Origin: Thermoplasmata archaeon
GTDB lineage: Archaea > Thermoplasmatota > Thermoplasmata > Thermoplasmatales > ARK-15
Direction: 5' to 3'
Length of the DNA: 62,879 nucleotides
NCBI GenBank assembly: GCA_038880255.1
Contig: JAVZSA010000004.1
Span: 1-62,879 of the forward strand
The number at the start of each line of letters is the position of its first letter. Position 1 is the stretch's first letter. Shown piece by piece: positions 20,012 to 28,970 of the stretch. The translations under genes and the position numbers were made by a program. The notes under the pieces are model-generated. The model had not been told where the DNA came from. It made no database searches and was given only the letters and a program-made list of their open reading frames with translations.

Positions 20012-23000
20012 AGGATTTTGCCTCCTCTAAATAAGTTTCTTCAAATACTTTCGAAATACCATCTTGTGTTATTGTGACACCAATAAGATGATCAGCATAT
20101 TTCAAAACTGCCTTTCTAAGGGAAACAACAATGAACTGTGCATTTTTAGAATTTTCTTTCATGATTCTCCCAATATTTTCAGCATTCCACACATCAAGAA
20201 ACATATCAGATTCATCAAAAAGGTAAAAAGGTGACGGATCGTATTGTTGTATTGCGAGAATGAATGTAAGAGCAGTAAGACTCTTTTCACCACCACTAAG
20301 AGCCTCTAATCTTATCATTTTTTTACCTTTTGGCTTTGCCTTAATAATTAGTCCTCCTGAAAATGGATCTTCTTCATTTTCTAAATACATCATTGCCTCG
20401 CCACCTGTTATTTCATTATATATCTTTGTAAAGTTTTCCCTTATTGCATTATAAACTGTGATAAGTCCTTCTTTCTTCTTGTTTGAAAGTTCGTTCATTA
20501 ATGAAATTAAATTTTTCTTTTCTTCAGTTAAATTAAGATAGTTATCTTTCAATTCTTTTAATCTTTTATTTTCATTATCATACTCTTCTATACTTTTCAT
20601 ATTTACAGGCTCTAAAGAAAGCATTGTTGTTTCACAATATTCTATTTTTTTCTTCAGTTCAGATACACTCTCTATTGGTTCTTTTATTTCAATTCCTAAT
20701 AGTTTAAATTCATTTTCTGCCTCATTTAGTGCTCTAGTATTTTCATTTAACCTTGTTTTCAGTGTTATTATAAAATCATTCTTTCTATTAATATCCTCAA
20801 CAATTTTTTGAATTTGCCCCTCAAATGTAATAATCATTGAATTTATTTTATCTTTTTCTTCCAATTTTTTCTTTATTTTTTCTTCAATTGTTGAATTTAC
20901 TTCCTGAAATTTTTTTAATTTTATTTCATTTTCACTTAGTTTTTTGCTAAATTCTTTCAATTCAATATCTTTTTGTTCTTTTTCATTTTTTAATTTTTCA
21001 TTTGAATTATCTAAATTTTTTATTGTTTTTGACATTGTATCAATTTCATAATCTAAATCTCTTAAAAGCATTTTTAATGTTTCATATTCCTTTGTTTTAT
21101 TCTCAAGTTCATTTTTCAAATATCTTAATTTATCTTGAATCTCTTCAGGAGCTAGTTCTGCAATTCTAATAGTTAAGGAATTGTAGTCTTTTTCTAAAAA
21201 TTCCATTTTTTCATTTTCTTTTTTTAGTTTTTCATTTATTTCTTCCAACCTACTATTTAATATATTCCTTTCTTCATATTTCTTTTTTAAATTTTCATTT
21301 AATTTTTCCATTTTTTCTTTGTTTTCTCTTATTAATTTTTCATAAACCAATGGATCTTCAACTTTATTATTTGAAATCTCCTGTATCATTTTACCAATTT
21401 CATCTAACTTTTTCATCAGTTCATTATATTCTTTAGAAACTTCTTCCTTCATTTCCACTGAATTTCTTAATTCTTTCGAAATCTCATCCAAATTTCCAAA
21501 ACTTATAGATTTTTCTTTCCTTTCAACAAGACCTCCTGTTATTGCACCACTTGCTTCAATTAATTGACCGTCAAGGGTTACCAATCTAACCCCGCCCATT
21601 AGCCTTCTTGCATTTGTTAAATCTTGAACAATAACGGTATCACCAAAAACATACCAAAGTGGTCCTTCAATATCCTTATCATAGGTAATTTTTTCAATAA
21701 CTAAACCTATACTTTTTTCATCCTTTAGTACAAGCAAAGCTTTACCTCTCGGCCTTCCAGGCAACATTTTGTTAATTGGTAAAAATGTTGCTATCCCTTT
21801 TTTATTTTGTTTTAAGTAATCTATACATATTTCTGCTACCTCATCATTCTCAATAACAATTGAATCAAGCCTATTCCCACCTGCTACTTCTACTGCAAGT
21901 GAGAGATTTTCAGGATATTTAATTAATTCTCTTACAGTTCCTCTGATACCTTTTATTATTCCTTTGTCCCTTGCCTCAAGAAGGAAATATATTGTATCCA
22001 TATTTTTATTTGTTTCAATTCTTGCCTTTGATTTTTCATAATTTCTTGTGAGGGATAGTATTTTGACTTCAAGTTTTTGTAATTCTTCTCTCAATTCTAC
22101 TTCTCTGTTTTTTAAATTGTAATATAATTCTTGAAGATCTTTATACTTCCTTTTAGTTTCACTTTCATTTTTCCTTATTTCAGATATTCTCCATTCAGCA
22201 TCTTTAATGTTTAATTCAATACTTTTTATTTCTTCTTCGAGATTTGCTATTTCTTCATATACTTTTTTTAATGATTCATTTTTTGCATCTAATTCATTCT
22301 TCAAAGAAGTTACAATCTCCTTTTCTTTAACCAAATCCTTTTGTCTGGATATCATTAATTCTTGCAAATCCTTCATTTCCTTTGAAAAATTAGATATTTT
22401 TTCTTCAAGAGATTTTAATTCCCCTCTTTTTTGTAAAATGATTTTTTCTGTACTTTCAAGTTTATTTTTTTCCTCATCTCTTTTTTTAATCTTTTCATTC
22501 AATTCTCTTAAAATTGACTTTCTCTGTATTTCTATTGATTTCATTTCATCTTCAATTTCATTGATTCTAGTTTGTAAATCTTCTATTTTCATTTTTTGCC
22601 TTCCTATTTCAAGCCTTAGATCATCCATAGTTGCCTTTAATTTTAATTGTTCTTCATTCCCTGACCTCAAAATATCTTTATTTATTTCTTCAAGATTTTT
22701 TAATTTAATATTTCTTTCATTTTCAATTTCAGAAATTTTTTTCTTTAAATTTTCAATTTCTATAGTTATTTTTTCTATTTCTCCTTTATCCCCCTCAATT
22801 TCACTTTTTAGTTGTTGAATCTTTTTGTATTCAAGCTTTGCCTTTGATTCTGTTAACTCCTTCTTTAGCTCTAGATATCTAATTGCAACATTTCTATCCT
22901 TTTCCAATGAACTTAATCTATCTTCAATTTCTTTTATCAATACCTCTATTTTCCCAATGTTTTCTTCTGTTTCTTCCTTTTTTTTCTGCGCATTTAAAAT

Positions 23001-23534
23001 TTCTTCATCATATTTTGTAATACCTGAGATTTCTTCCAATATTCTTCTTCTTTCATATGGTGACATTTCTACTATCCTAGTAACATCACCTTGTTGTACT
23101 ATGTTGTAACCATCTGCAAATATTTTAGCCTTCGATAGTAGAGATGTGAAATCTTGAAGTTTCGCTTTCTCATCATTTATATAAAAATAACTATTGTAAT
23201 CTTCATCATTTTCCGCTTTTCTAACTATTCTTGTAAATTTCACTTCATCTGAATCAATTGGTATTTCCCTATCTGTGTTATCAAATATTAAAGATACTTT
23301 ACAATAATCTGCAGGTTTCTTTTCCTTTCCTCCATTAAATATCAAATCTGTAAGTTTTTGAGCACGCAATACTTTTGAACTTTTAGGACCCAAAACGAAA
23401 AGTATTGCATCTGAAATATTACTTTTACCTGCCCCATTTGGACCACTAACAGCAGTAAATCCTTTTTTAAATTCAATTATTGTTCTTTTTCCAAAACTTT
23501 TGAAATTTTCCATTTCAAGCATTTTGAGGAACAT
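20001..23534 (-). CDS. smc: Chromosome segregation protein SMC
   Basis: ENFKSF, Walker A GPNGAGKS, Q-loop VQQG, hinge GG.RL/GIATFLP/VTLDG, signature LSGGEK, Walker B FDE. Confidence 0.98.
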   Translation of the reverse strand: MFLKMLEMENFKSFGKRTIIEFKKGFTAVSGPNGAGKSNISDAILFVLGPKSSKVLRAQKLTDLIFNGGKEKKPADYCKVSLIFDNTDREIPIDSDEVKFTRIVRKAENDEDYNSYFYINDEKAKLQDFTSLLSKAKIFADGYNIVQQGDVTRIVEMSPYERRRILEEISGITKYDEEILNAQKKKEETEENIGKIEVLIKEIEDRLSSLEKDRNVAIRYLELKKELTESKAKLEYKKIQQLKSEIEGDKGEIEKITIEIENLKKKISEIENERNIKLKNLEEINKDILRSGNEEQLKLKATMDDLRLEIGRQKMKIEDLQTRINEIEDEMKSIEIQRKSILRELNEKIKKRDEEKNKLESTEKIILQKRGELKSLEEKISNFSKEMKDLQELMISRQKDLVKEKEIVTSLKNELDAKNESLKKVYEEIANLEEEIKSIELNIKDAEWRISEIRKNESETKRKYKDLQELYYNLKNREVELREELQKLEVKILSLTRNYEKSKARIETNKNMDTIYFLLEARDKGIIKGIRGTVRELIKYPENLSLAVEVAGGNRLDSIVIENDEVAEICIDYLKQNKKGIATFLPINKMLPGRPRGKALLVLKDEKSIGLVIEKITYDKDIEGPLWYVFGDTVIVQDLTNARRLMGGVRLVTLDGQLIEASGAITGGLVERKEKSISFGNLDEISKELRNSVEMKEEVSKEYNELMKKLDEIGKMIQEISNNKVEDPLVYEKLIRENKEKMEKLNENLKKKYEERNILNSRLEEINEKLKKENEKMEFLEKDYNSLTIRIAELAPEEIQDKLRYLKNELENKTKEYETLKMLLRDLDYEIDTMSKTIKNLDNSNEKLKNEKEQKDIELKEFSKKLSENEIKLKKFQEVNSTIEEKIKKKLEEKDKINSMIITFEGQIQKIVEDINRKNDFIITLKTRLNENTRALNEAENEFKLLGIEIKEPIESVSELKKKIEYCETTMLSLEPVNMKSIEEYDNENKRLKELKDNYLNLTEEKKNLISLMNELSNKKKEGLITVYNAIRENFTKIYNEITGGEAMMYLENEEDPFSGGLIIKAKPKGKKMIRLEALSGGEKSLTALTFILAIQQYDPSPFYLFDESDMFLDVWNAENIGRIMKENSKNAQFIVVSLRKAVLKYADHLIGVTITQDGISKVFEETYLEEAKSYGQ

Positions 23535-23594
23535 TTAATCACCTGTCTGAAATTTGTCGGCTATATGTATGATATAGATATGCCATTATATAAA

Positions 23595-23619
23595 TTTTAT
23601 GGTATTTATTACCATAAAA
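23595..23619. promoter_or_regulatory. Inverted repeat next to the predicted smc TATA box (candidate operator)
   Basis: TTTTATGGTA-tttat-TACCATAAAA, perfect 10-bp arms, abutting a minus-strand TTTATATA at 23587-23594. Confidence 0.5.
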
Positions 23620-23914
23620 AACTTTGTAATTGAGAAATGAAAATTTATTTTTATAACATACTTTGAAAAAAATTATTTTTTATTTAGAATATTTTTTTAA
23701 ATTAATATTTTCATAATATTTATCCCAGATAGCTATTAGATAGAAAATTTTATTATTTAATTAATTATAAAAATTCAATTTATTCTAATAATCATCTCAA
23801 TTTCCATTCATTAATTTATTTTTTTATGTTTATATGTTTTTCTTTTTAAATAAATTTTTTATTTTCCTCAAAATTCACAAAGATATTAAATATTTAAAAA
23901 TGATAACAAAAATC

Positions 23915-24211
23915 ATGGTAAATGAAAATGATGTGATAGAAGTTTTAAAAACTGTAATAGATCCGGAAATTGGACTTGATGTTGTAAATTTAGGATTAAT
24001 TTATGAATTAAAAATTGAAAACGATAACATCTATATCAAGATGACAATGACTACACCTGGCTGTCCCTTAACAGCATGGATAATTGCAGACACCGAAAAT
24101 AAATTAAAACAACTACCAGGAATAAAAGATGTGAAAATAGATCTTGTATGGGATCCACCATGGTCTGTTGAAAGAATAAGTGAAGAAGCAAAAAAATTAC
24201 TTGGACTTTAG
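23915..24211 (+). CDS. Metal-sulfur cluster assembly factor (DUF59/SufT/PaaD-like)
   Basis: VIDPEIG, VVNLGLIY, MTMTTPGCP, VWDPPW; ATG 23915 preferred over the ORF-track start at 23834. Confidence 0.93.
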   Translation: MVNENDVIEVLKTVIDPEIGLDVVNLGLIYELKIENDNIYIKMTMTTPGCPLTAWIIADTENKLKQLPGIKDVKIDLVWDPPWSVERISEEAKKLLGL

Positions 24212-24614
24212 CTCGACAGACTGGAACTCTCCTTGACTTGGCAAGGGGATTAAAGCGAGCAAAGTTATCTATATTTTTACTTGACGAAAAGAATGCATTC
24301 TGTATGCGGATTAAAATACCATTTCAAACAGGTAGTTAAATATAAAATGCATATCTTCAGGATAAATTATTGATTTCATCAAACAAATAATAAGAAGGAT
24401 AAGTTATGCCCTTCAGGCCATTCGGTATTTGATAAAGATATAGGTGATGCAAATAAGATAAAGGAAGAAGGGCTTTGTTTATGGAACCTAGGCTAGATTT
24501 TCCCAGATGATTATGCCTCTACAAGTAATATGATCGAATACATAAAGCATATTACTGTGAAAGTAAGCATAGCCACTGAAGTGATAGACCCTGTCCGTAA
24601 GGGCGGTAGTTCAC
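24212..24614 (+). mobile_element. Non-autonomous IS200/IS605 mini-element, copy 1 (left end, tnpA'::'tnpB remnant, omegaRNA-like right end)
   Basis: Homologous to 52832-53194. LE hairpin TCTCCTTG-acttgg-CAAGGGGA preceded by AACT; tnpA-like MHSVCGLKYHFKQVVKY; tnpB-like CPSGHSVFDKDIGDANKIKEEGL; RE hairpin CTGTCC-GTAA-GGGCGG followed by TAGTTCAC; 5' flank TTTAG. Confidence 0.85.
24293..24496 (+). pseudogene. Fused, frameshifted fragments of tnpA (5') and tnpB (3')
   Basis: 24293-24373 encodes MHSVCGLKYHFKQVVKYKMHIF, then shifts to IIDFIKQII. 24407-24496 encodes CPSGHSVFDKDIGDANKIKEEGL, a degenerate CPxC..DRDxNAAxNI. Confidence 0.72.
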
Positions 24615-24630
24615 TTAAATATCAAATATT
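24483..24630 (+). ncRNA. Putative TnpB omegaRNA/reRNA (sotRNA-like) scaffold plus flanking guide, copy 1
   Basis: Right-end block conserved with copy 2 (AACCTAGGC, ATGCCTCTACAAGTA, AATACATAAA, AAGCAT, GGTAGTTC); stem AGTAATATG/CATATTACT; 5' boundary uncertain. Confidence 0.55.
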
Positions 24631-25013
24631 ACTCTTAATTTACCTTTTGGATCTACATATAACATATGGTATGTAACTGCTTTCACATTTAACTTATTTC
24701 CATGCTTATTCCTTATGTATTTTTCCCCACAAAGTGTTGAAATTAATTTAGTATCTTGAATATTAACTTTAACCTTTGAGAAAATAAAATTCTCAGCATC
24801 AAATAAATATAAAATTTCAGAAAGAAATTTTACAAGTAGTGATTCTAAATCCATTGATGTAATTTCTATTTTTTTATTTTCTTTACATTCAATTTTATCT
24901 ATGTCAACCATTAGGGAAATTAAGCCTAATGCAGCTTCGGAAAATGCATTTTCCAGTGAATCACTTTCTATTTCAAACCCTATATCCGCTGTATGTTCAA
25001 GTATTTTAATCAT
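24615..25013 (-). CDS. Archease (RtcB cofactor)
   Basis: LEHTADIG, VKAVTYH, C-terminal FDI. Confidence 0.93.
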   Translation of the reverse strand: MIKILEHTADIGFEIESDSLENAFSEAALGLISLMVDIDKIECKENKKIEITSMDLESLLVKFLSEILYLFDAENFIFSKVKVNIQDTKLISTLCGEKYIRNKHGNKLNVKAVTYHMLYVDPKGKLRVIFDI

Positions 25014-25059
25014 TAAAAATTATTAAATCTATGAAAAATTTAAAGTTTCTTATTAAAAA

Positions 25060-25134
25060 CGGGCGCAGGGGGATTTGAACCCCCGACCTACAGCTTAGGA
25101 GGCTGCCGCCCTATCCATGCTAGGCCATGCGCCC
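25060..25134 (-). tRNA. tRNA-Arg (anticodon CCT), intronless, CCA not encoded
   Basis: GGGCGCA/TGCGCCC acceptor stem, anticodon arm GCAGC-CTCCTAA-GCTGT, T-arm GGGGG-TTCAAAT-CCCCC. Confidence 0.96.
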
Positions 25135-25329
25135 TATTACTCCATATAATTACATTACTAAAATTTTGCGATATTAATTGTTAAAATAAAGAATCGATTT
25201 TTAACAAGTAAACTTAATTATTTTTTAATTTATTTTCATTTAATATCAATTAAAAATTTTAATTATTTTGAAAATATAACCGTTTAATCAAGTGAAAAAA
25301 ATTAAATTTTTGTTTCAATTTTCAAAGTA

Positions 25330-27330
25330 ATGGAAAGATATCAAATTGGTATTGATATAGGTGGCACATTTACGGACATAGTTATTTTTGATTCAGCATT
25401 GAATGAAATAAAGGTAATTAAAATATTAACTACTTCAAACCCTGAAGAGGCTGTAATAGATGCCTTAAAAAATTTAAAAATTAATAAAGATGATATTTCA
25501 ATAATTAACCATGCTACCACCATAGCTACAAATGCACTTTTAACAGGTTCAAATTTACCAAAAGGTGCACTAATAACAACATATGGATTTAGAGACATAG
25601 TTGAAATAGGCAGACAAAGAAGAGCCGAAATTTATAATTTGGATTTTAACAGGCCTAAACCATTAATTCCTAGAAAATATAGATATGGTGTCAGGGAAAG
25701 AATTCTTCATAATGGGGATGTATATATTGAATTAAATTATAAAGATCTTGAAAAAATTAAGAAAAAAATTAAATCTGAAAAAATAGAAACATTAGCTATT
25801 TCTTTATTAAATTCATATACAAATCCACTTCATGAATTAAAGGTTAAAGATTATTTCTCTGATTTAAATATTAGTGCATTTATTTCTTCGGAAGTGGATC
25901 CACAGTACAGAGAATTTGAAAGAACAAGTACTACTGTTGTAAATGCAATTTTATCACCTATTGTTACAACATATTTAAAAAAACTTGAAGAGGGAATTAG
26001 ATTAATGGGCTTTAATGCACCTATTTATGTTATGAGCTCAAATGGTGGTCTTAATACTATAAACTATGCTTCAAAAATGCCCATTTCTATTATAGAATCT
26101 GGACCCGGTGCTGGAGTTATGTCTTCACTTTATCTCTCAAAGTATTTAGGTATTGAAAATATAATTACTTTTGATATGGGTGGCACCACCGCAAAAGCTG
26201 GAACAATTGTAAATGGAAAAATTGAAATTTCAAATGAATTTGAAGCTGCGGGAAAAACGCACAGCGGAAGATCAATAAAAGGTAGTGGTTATGTTGTAAG
26301 ATACCCATTTATAGATTTGGCTGAAGTGAGTGCGGGTGGTGGTACTATAGCATGGGTTGATGATGAAAAAATTTTGCACGTTGGCCCAAAAAGTGCAGGT
26401 TCTATACCTGGCCCAGCAGGGTACGGAAAGGGTGGTGTAGATCCTACTGTAACTGATGCAAATATTGTATTGGGCAGAATACCTGAATATATCCTAGGTG
26501 GGGAAATGAAAATATTTCCTAATTTATCAAAAGAATCATTAAAAAAAATATCATATCCTTTAGATCTTGATGAAATAAGATCCGCAAAAGGAATTTTAGC
26601 TTTAGCAAATAACACTATGGCTAAAGCAATTTCAATAGTAACTATTGAAAGAGGGAGAGATCCAAGGGATTTTACATTATTTGCATTTGGTGGTGCAGGT
26701 CCGCTTCATTCCTGCGATTTAGCGGAAGAAATGGGAATAAAAGAAATAATAATTCCAAAAAATCCAGGGCTTTTTTCAGCCTTTGGCCTTCTTACTGTGG
26801 ACATTCGAAGGGTTTTCATTTCATCTGTTATACAAGGAAATCTTAATCAAATTTTCATGAATTTAATAGAGAAAGCAAAAAATTCATTGATTCAAGAAAA
26901 TTTTAAAGATATACAATTTGATCGTTTTATTGATGTTCGATATCTTGGTCAATCATATGAAATTACAATAGAATATTATGATGGAATGGACATAAATAAA
27001 AGATTTAATGAAGAACATCAAAGAATTTACGGTTATTATTCAAATGATCCTGTTGAAATTGTTAATGCAAGAGTAGTAGCAACTGTAAAAATACCAAAAG
27101 CAATAATAAAAGAAAAAATTAAAAAGGAAGGGGATATTATTAAAAGTAAAAGAAGAGTATATTTTAGTGATGAATTCATCGATTGTGATACATTTAAAAG
27201 GGAAACTTTAAACCCTGGAATGAATGGATTAGGGCCTACTTTGATTGAAGGTTATGATTCCACGGTAATTATAAATCCCAATTGGAAATGGGAAATTGAT
27301 AAATTTGAAAACATTAGGATTTGGAGATGA
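25330..27330 (+). CDS. Hydantoinase/5-oxoprolinase subunit A (HyuA/OplA-like)
   Basis: GIDIGGTFTD, TTIATNA, EFERTSTT, ESGP, DMGGTT, SAGSIPGPAGYG, FGGAGPLH. Confidence 0.93.
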   Translation: MERYQIGIDIGGTFTDIVIFDSALNEIKVIKILTTSNPEEAVIDALKNLKINKDDISIINHATTIATNALLTGSNLPKGALITTYGFRDIVEIGRQRRAEIYNLDFNRPKPLIPRKYRYGVRERILHNGDVYIELNYKDLEKIKKKIKSEKIETLAISLLNSYTNPLHELKVKDYFSDLNISAFISSEVDPQYREFERTSTTVVNAILSPIVTTYLKKLEEGIRLMGFNAPIYVMSSNGGLNTINYASKMPISIIESGPGAGVMSSLYLSKYLGIENIITFDMGGTTAKAGTIVNGKIEISNEFEAAGKTHSGRSIKGSGYVVRYPFIDLAEVSAGGGTIAWVDDEKILHVGPKSAGSIPGPAGYGKGGVDPTVTDANIVLGRIPEYILGGEMKIFPNLSKESLKKISYPLDLDEIRSAKGILALANNTMAKAISIVTIERGRDPRDFTLFAFGGAGPLHSCDLAEEMGIKEIIIPKNPGLFSAFGLLTVDIRRVFISSVIQGNLNQIFMNLIEKAKNSLIQENFKDIQFDRFIDVRYLGQSYEITIEYYDGMDINKRFNEEHQRIYGYYSNDPVEIVNARVVATVKIPKAIIKEKIKKEGDIIKSKRRVYFSDEFIDCDTFKRETLNPGMNGLGPTLIEGYDSTVIINPNWKWEIDKFENIRIWR

Positions 27331-28970
27331 AAATTATGACAAATTTTAATTGGCTATTGATAAGAAATTCAATGTTTTATGCAAGTGAAGAAATGGGCAT
27401 AGCCCTAAGAAATTCCGCATATTCACCAAACATAAAGGAAAGAATGGATCATTCTTCTGCCATATTTGATAGTGATGGGAGACTTATTGCACAGGCTGAA
27501 CATATTCCTGTTCACTTAGGATCTTTACCCTATGGACTCAAGACTACTCTTGAATATTTGGAAAAAGAAAATGTTGAGCTTAAAAATGGAGATATGATTC
27601 TTGTTAACAATCCTTATATAGCTGGAACACATTTAAATGATATTACTGTTATTAGACCAATATTTTATAAAAATAAAATAATAGCCTATGCTGCAAATAA
27701 GGCACATCATTCTGATATTGGAGGGAAAGTTCCAGGAAGCATTTCAATAGATGCTGAATCACTATTTGAAGAGGGTTTAATACTTAACCCTACATTTTTA
27801 ATGAATAGAAATGAATTTAATGATGATGTAATTAAAATCATTTCTTCAAACTCAAGAAATCCCTACGAAAGAAAAGGTGATTTAAGAGCACAGGCAGCAG
27901 CAAATTTTATTGGTGAAAGGAGGGTTATAGAAACCTTAGAAAAGTATGGAGAAAAAGACTTTTTGGAATCATTCAATAATTATTTTGAATATGCTAGAAA
28001 TATTTTTCTTAGAAAGTTGGAGAATTTTAAAAAGGGTGAATTTTATGGAGAGGACTTCATAGAATTGAATTCTAAAAAAGACTTGAAATTGAAAGTAAAG
28101 ATTAGAATTGAAAATAAAAGGGTAATTGTAGATTATGATGGGACGGATCCGCAGGTAAAAAAACCAATCAATGCTGTGTTAGGTGTCACAATTTCCGGTG
28201 TATATTATGTCTTTAAAACGATTTTAGGTGAAGATTTACCAGTGAATCATGGAACTTTCTCCCAAATTGAAATTCTTGTTCCAAAGGGAAGTATTTTAAA
28301 TCCTGAGTTCCCTTATCCTGTTGCAGGTGGAAATGTTGAAACTAGTCAAAGAAATGCGGATTTACTATATCTTGCACTTAGTAAATCAATTCCTGAAATT
28401 GTTCCAGCCTCCAGTGGTGGGTCAATGAACAATGTTATGATTGGTGGAACAAGTTCGGAAAAAACTTGGGCCTTCTATGAAACTATAGGCGTAGGTACAG
28501 GTGCAAAAAAAGGAAAAGATGGTATTGATGGAATCCATGCGAACATGACAAACACCATGAATACCCCTATAGAAGAAATAGAGAAAAATTTTCCAATAAT
28601 TATGTTAAAATATGAGTTTAGAGAAAATAGTTGCGGAATGGGCGAATTTAGGGGTGGAAATGGTATAATAAGATCTTACATGGCAAGGGATAATCTTATT
28701 TTTACATTTCTTTCAGATAGATTTAGACACTCACCATATGGTCTCTTTGGTGGTGAAAATGGTAAAACAACTCAAGTAATAATAAAAAAAGGAAGAAATA
28801 AAATTTATAAAAAAGAGAATTTCAGCATACAACTTTCTATTGGAGATTACGTTGAAATTAGGACAGCAGGGGGCGGAGGATATGGAGATAAAATAAAAAG
28901 AGATAGAAAAAAATTAATTGAAGATTTTGAAAATGGAATGATTAAAAGGGATAAAATTGATTTTGAGTGA
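27327..28970 (+). CDS. Hydantoinase B/oxoprolinase subunit B (HyuB/OplB-like)
   Basis: SAYSPNIKERMDHS, HIPVHLG, GTHLND, HHSDIGG, GGNVETSQR, TAGGGGYG; ATGA overlap with subunit A. Confidence 0.93.
   Translation: MKIMTNFNWLLIRNSMFYASEEMGIALRNSAYSPNIKERMDHSSAIFDSDGRLIAQAEHIPVHLGSLPYGLKTTLEYLEKENVELKNGDMILVNNPYIAGTHLNDITVIRPIFYKNKIIAYAANKAHHSDIGGKVPGSISIDAESLFEEGLILNPTFLMNRNEFNDDVIKIISSNSRNPYERKGDLRAQAAANFIGERRVIETLEKYGEKDFLESFNNYFEYARNIFLRKLENFKKGEFYGEDFIELNSKKDLKLKVKIRIENKRVIVDYDGTDPQVKKPINAVLGVTISGVYYVFKTILGEDLPVNHGTFSQIEILVPKGSILNPEFPYPVAGGNVETSQRNADLLYLALSKSIPEIVPASSGGSMNNVMIGGTSSEKTWAFYETIGVGTGAKKGKDGIDGIHANMTNTMNTPIEEIEKNFPIIMLKYEFRENSCGMGEFRGGNGIIRSYMARDNLIFTFLSDRFRHSPYGLFGGENGKTTQVIIKKGRNKIYKKENFSIQLSIGDYVEIRTAGGGGYGDKIKRDRKKLIEDFENGMIKRDKIDFE

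Noticed and set aside
20001-20300. Inactive SMC, suggested by FDESDMFLD instead of LDEIDAALD
   Set aside because: The catalytic DE and D-loop LD are intact, and DMFLD-type variants occur in archaeal SMCs.
23620-23914. Replication origin in the long AT-rich gaps (also 30305-30718 and 48162-48492)
   Set aside because: No ORB-like repeats with G-strings, and no orc1/cdc6 in the window.
24293-24352. Long imperfect hairpin TGCATTCTGTAT...ATATAAAATGCA present in both copies, as a novel ncRNA
   Set aside because: It coincides with the tnpA remnant; shared ancestry explains the conservation, and two copies cannot show covariation.
24250-24480. Group I intron (IStron) inside the mini-element, suggested by AAGATATAGG resembling the S element
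   Set aside because: No R/P7 partner is present, the motif is missing from copy 2, and the region is better explained as tnpA/tnpB coding remnants.
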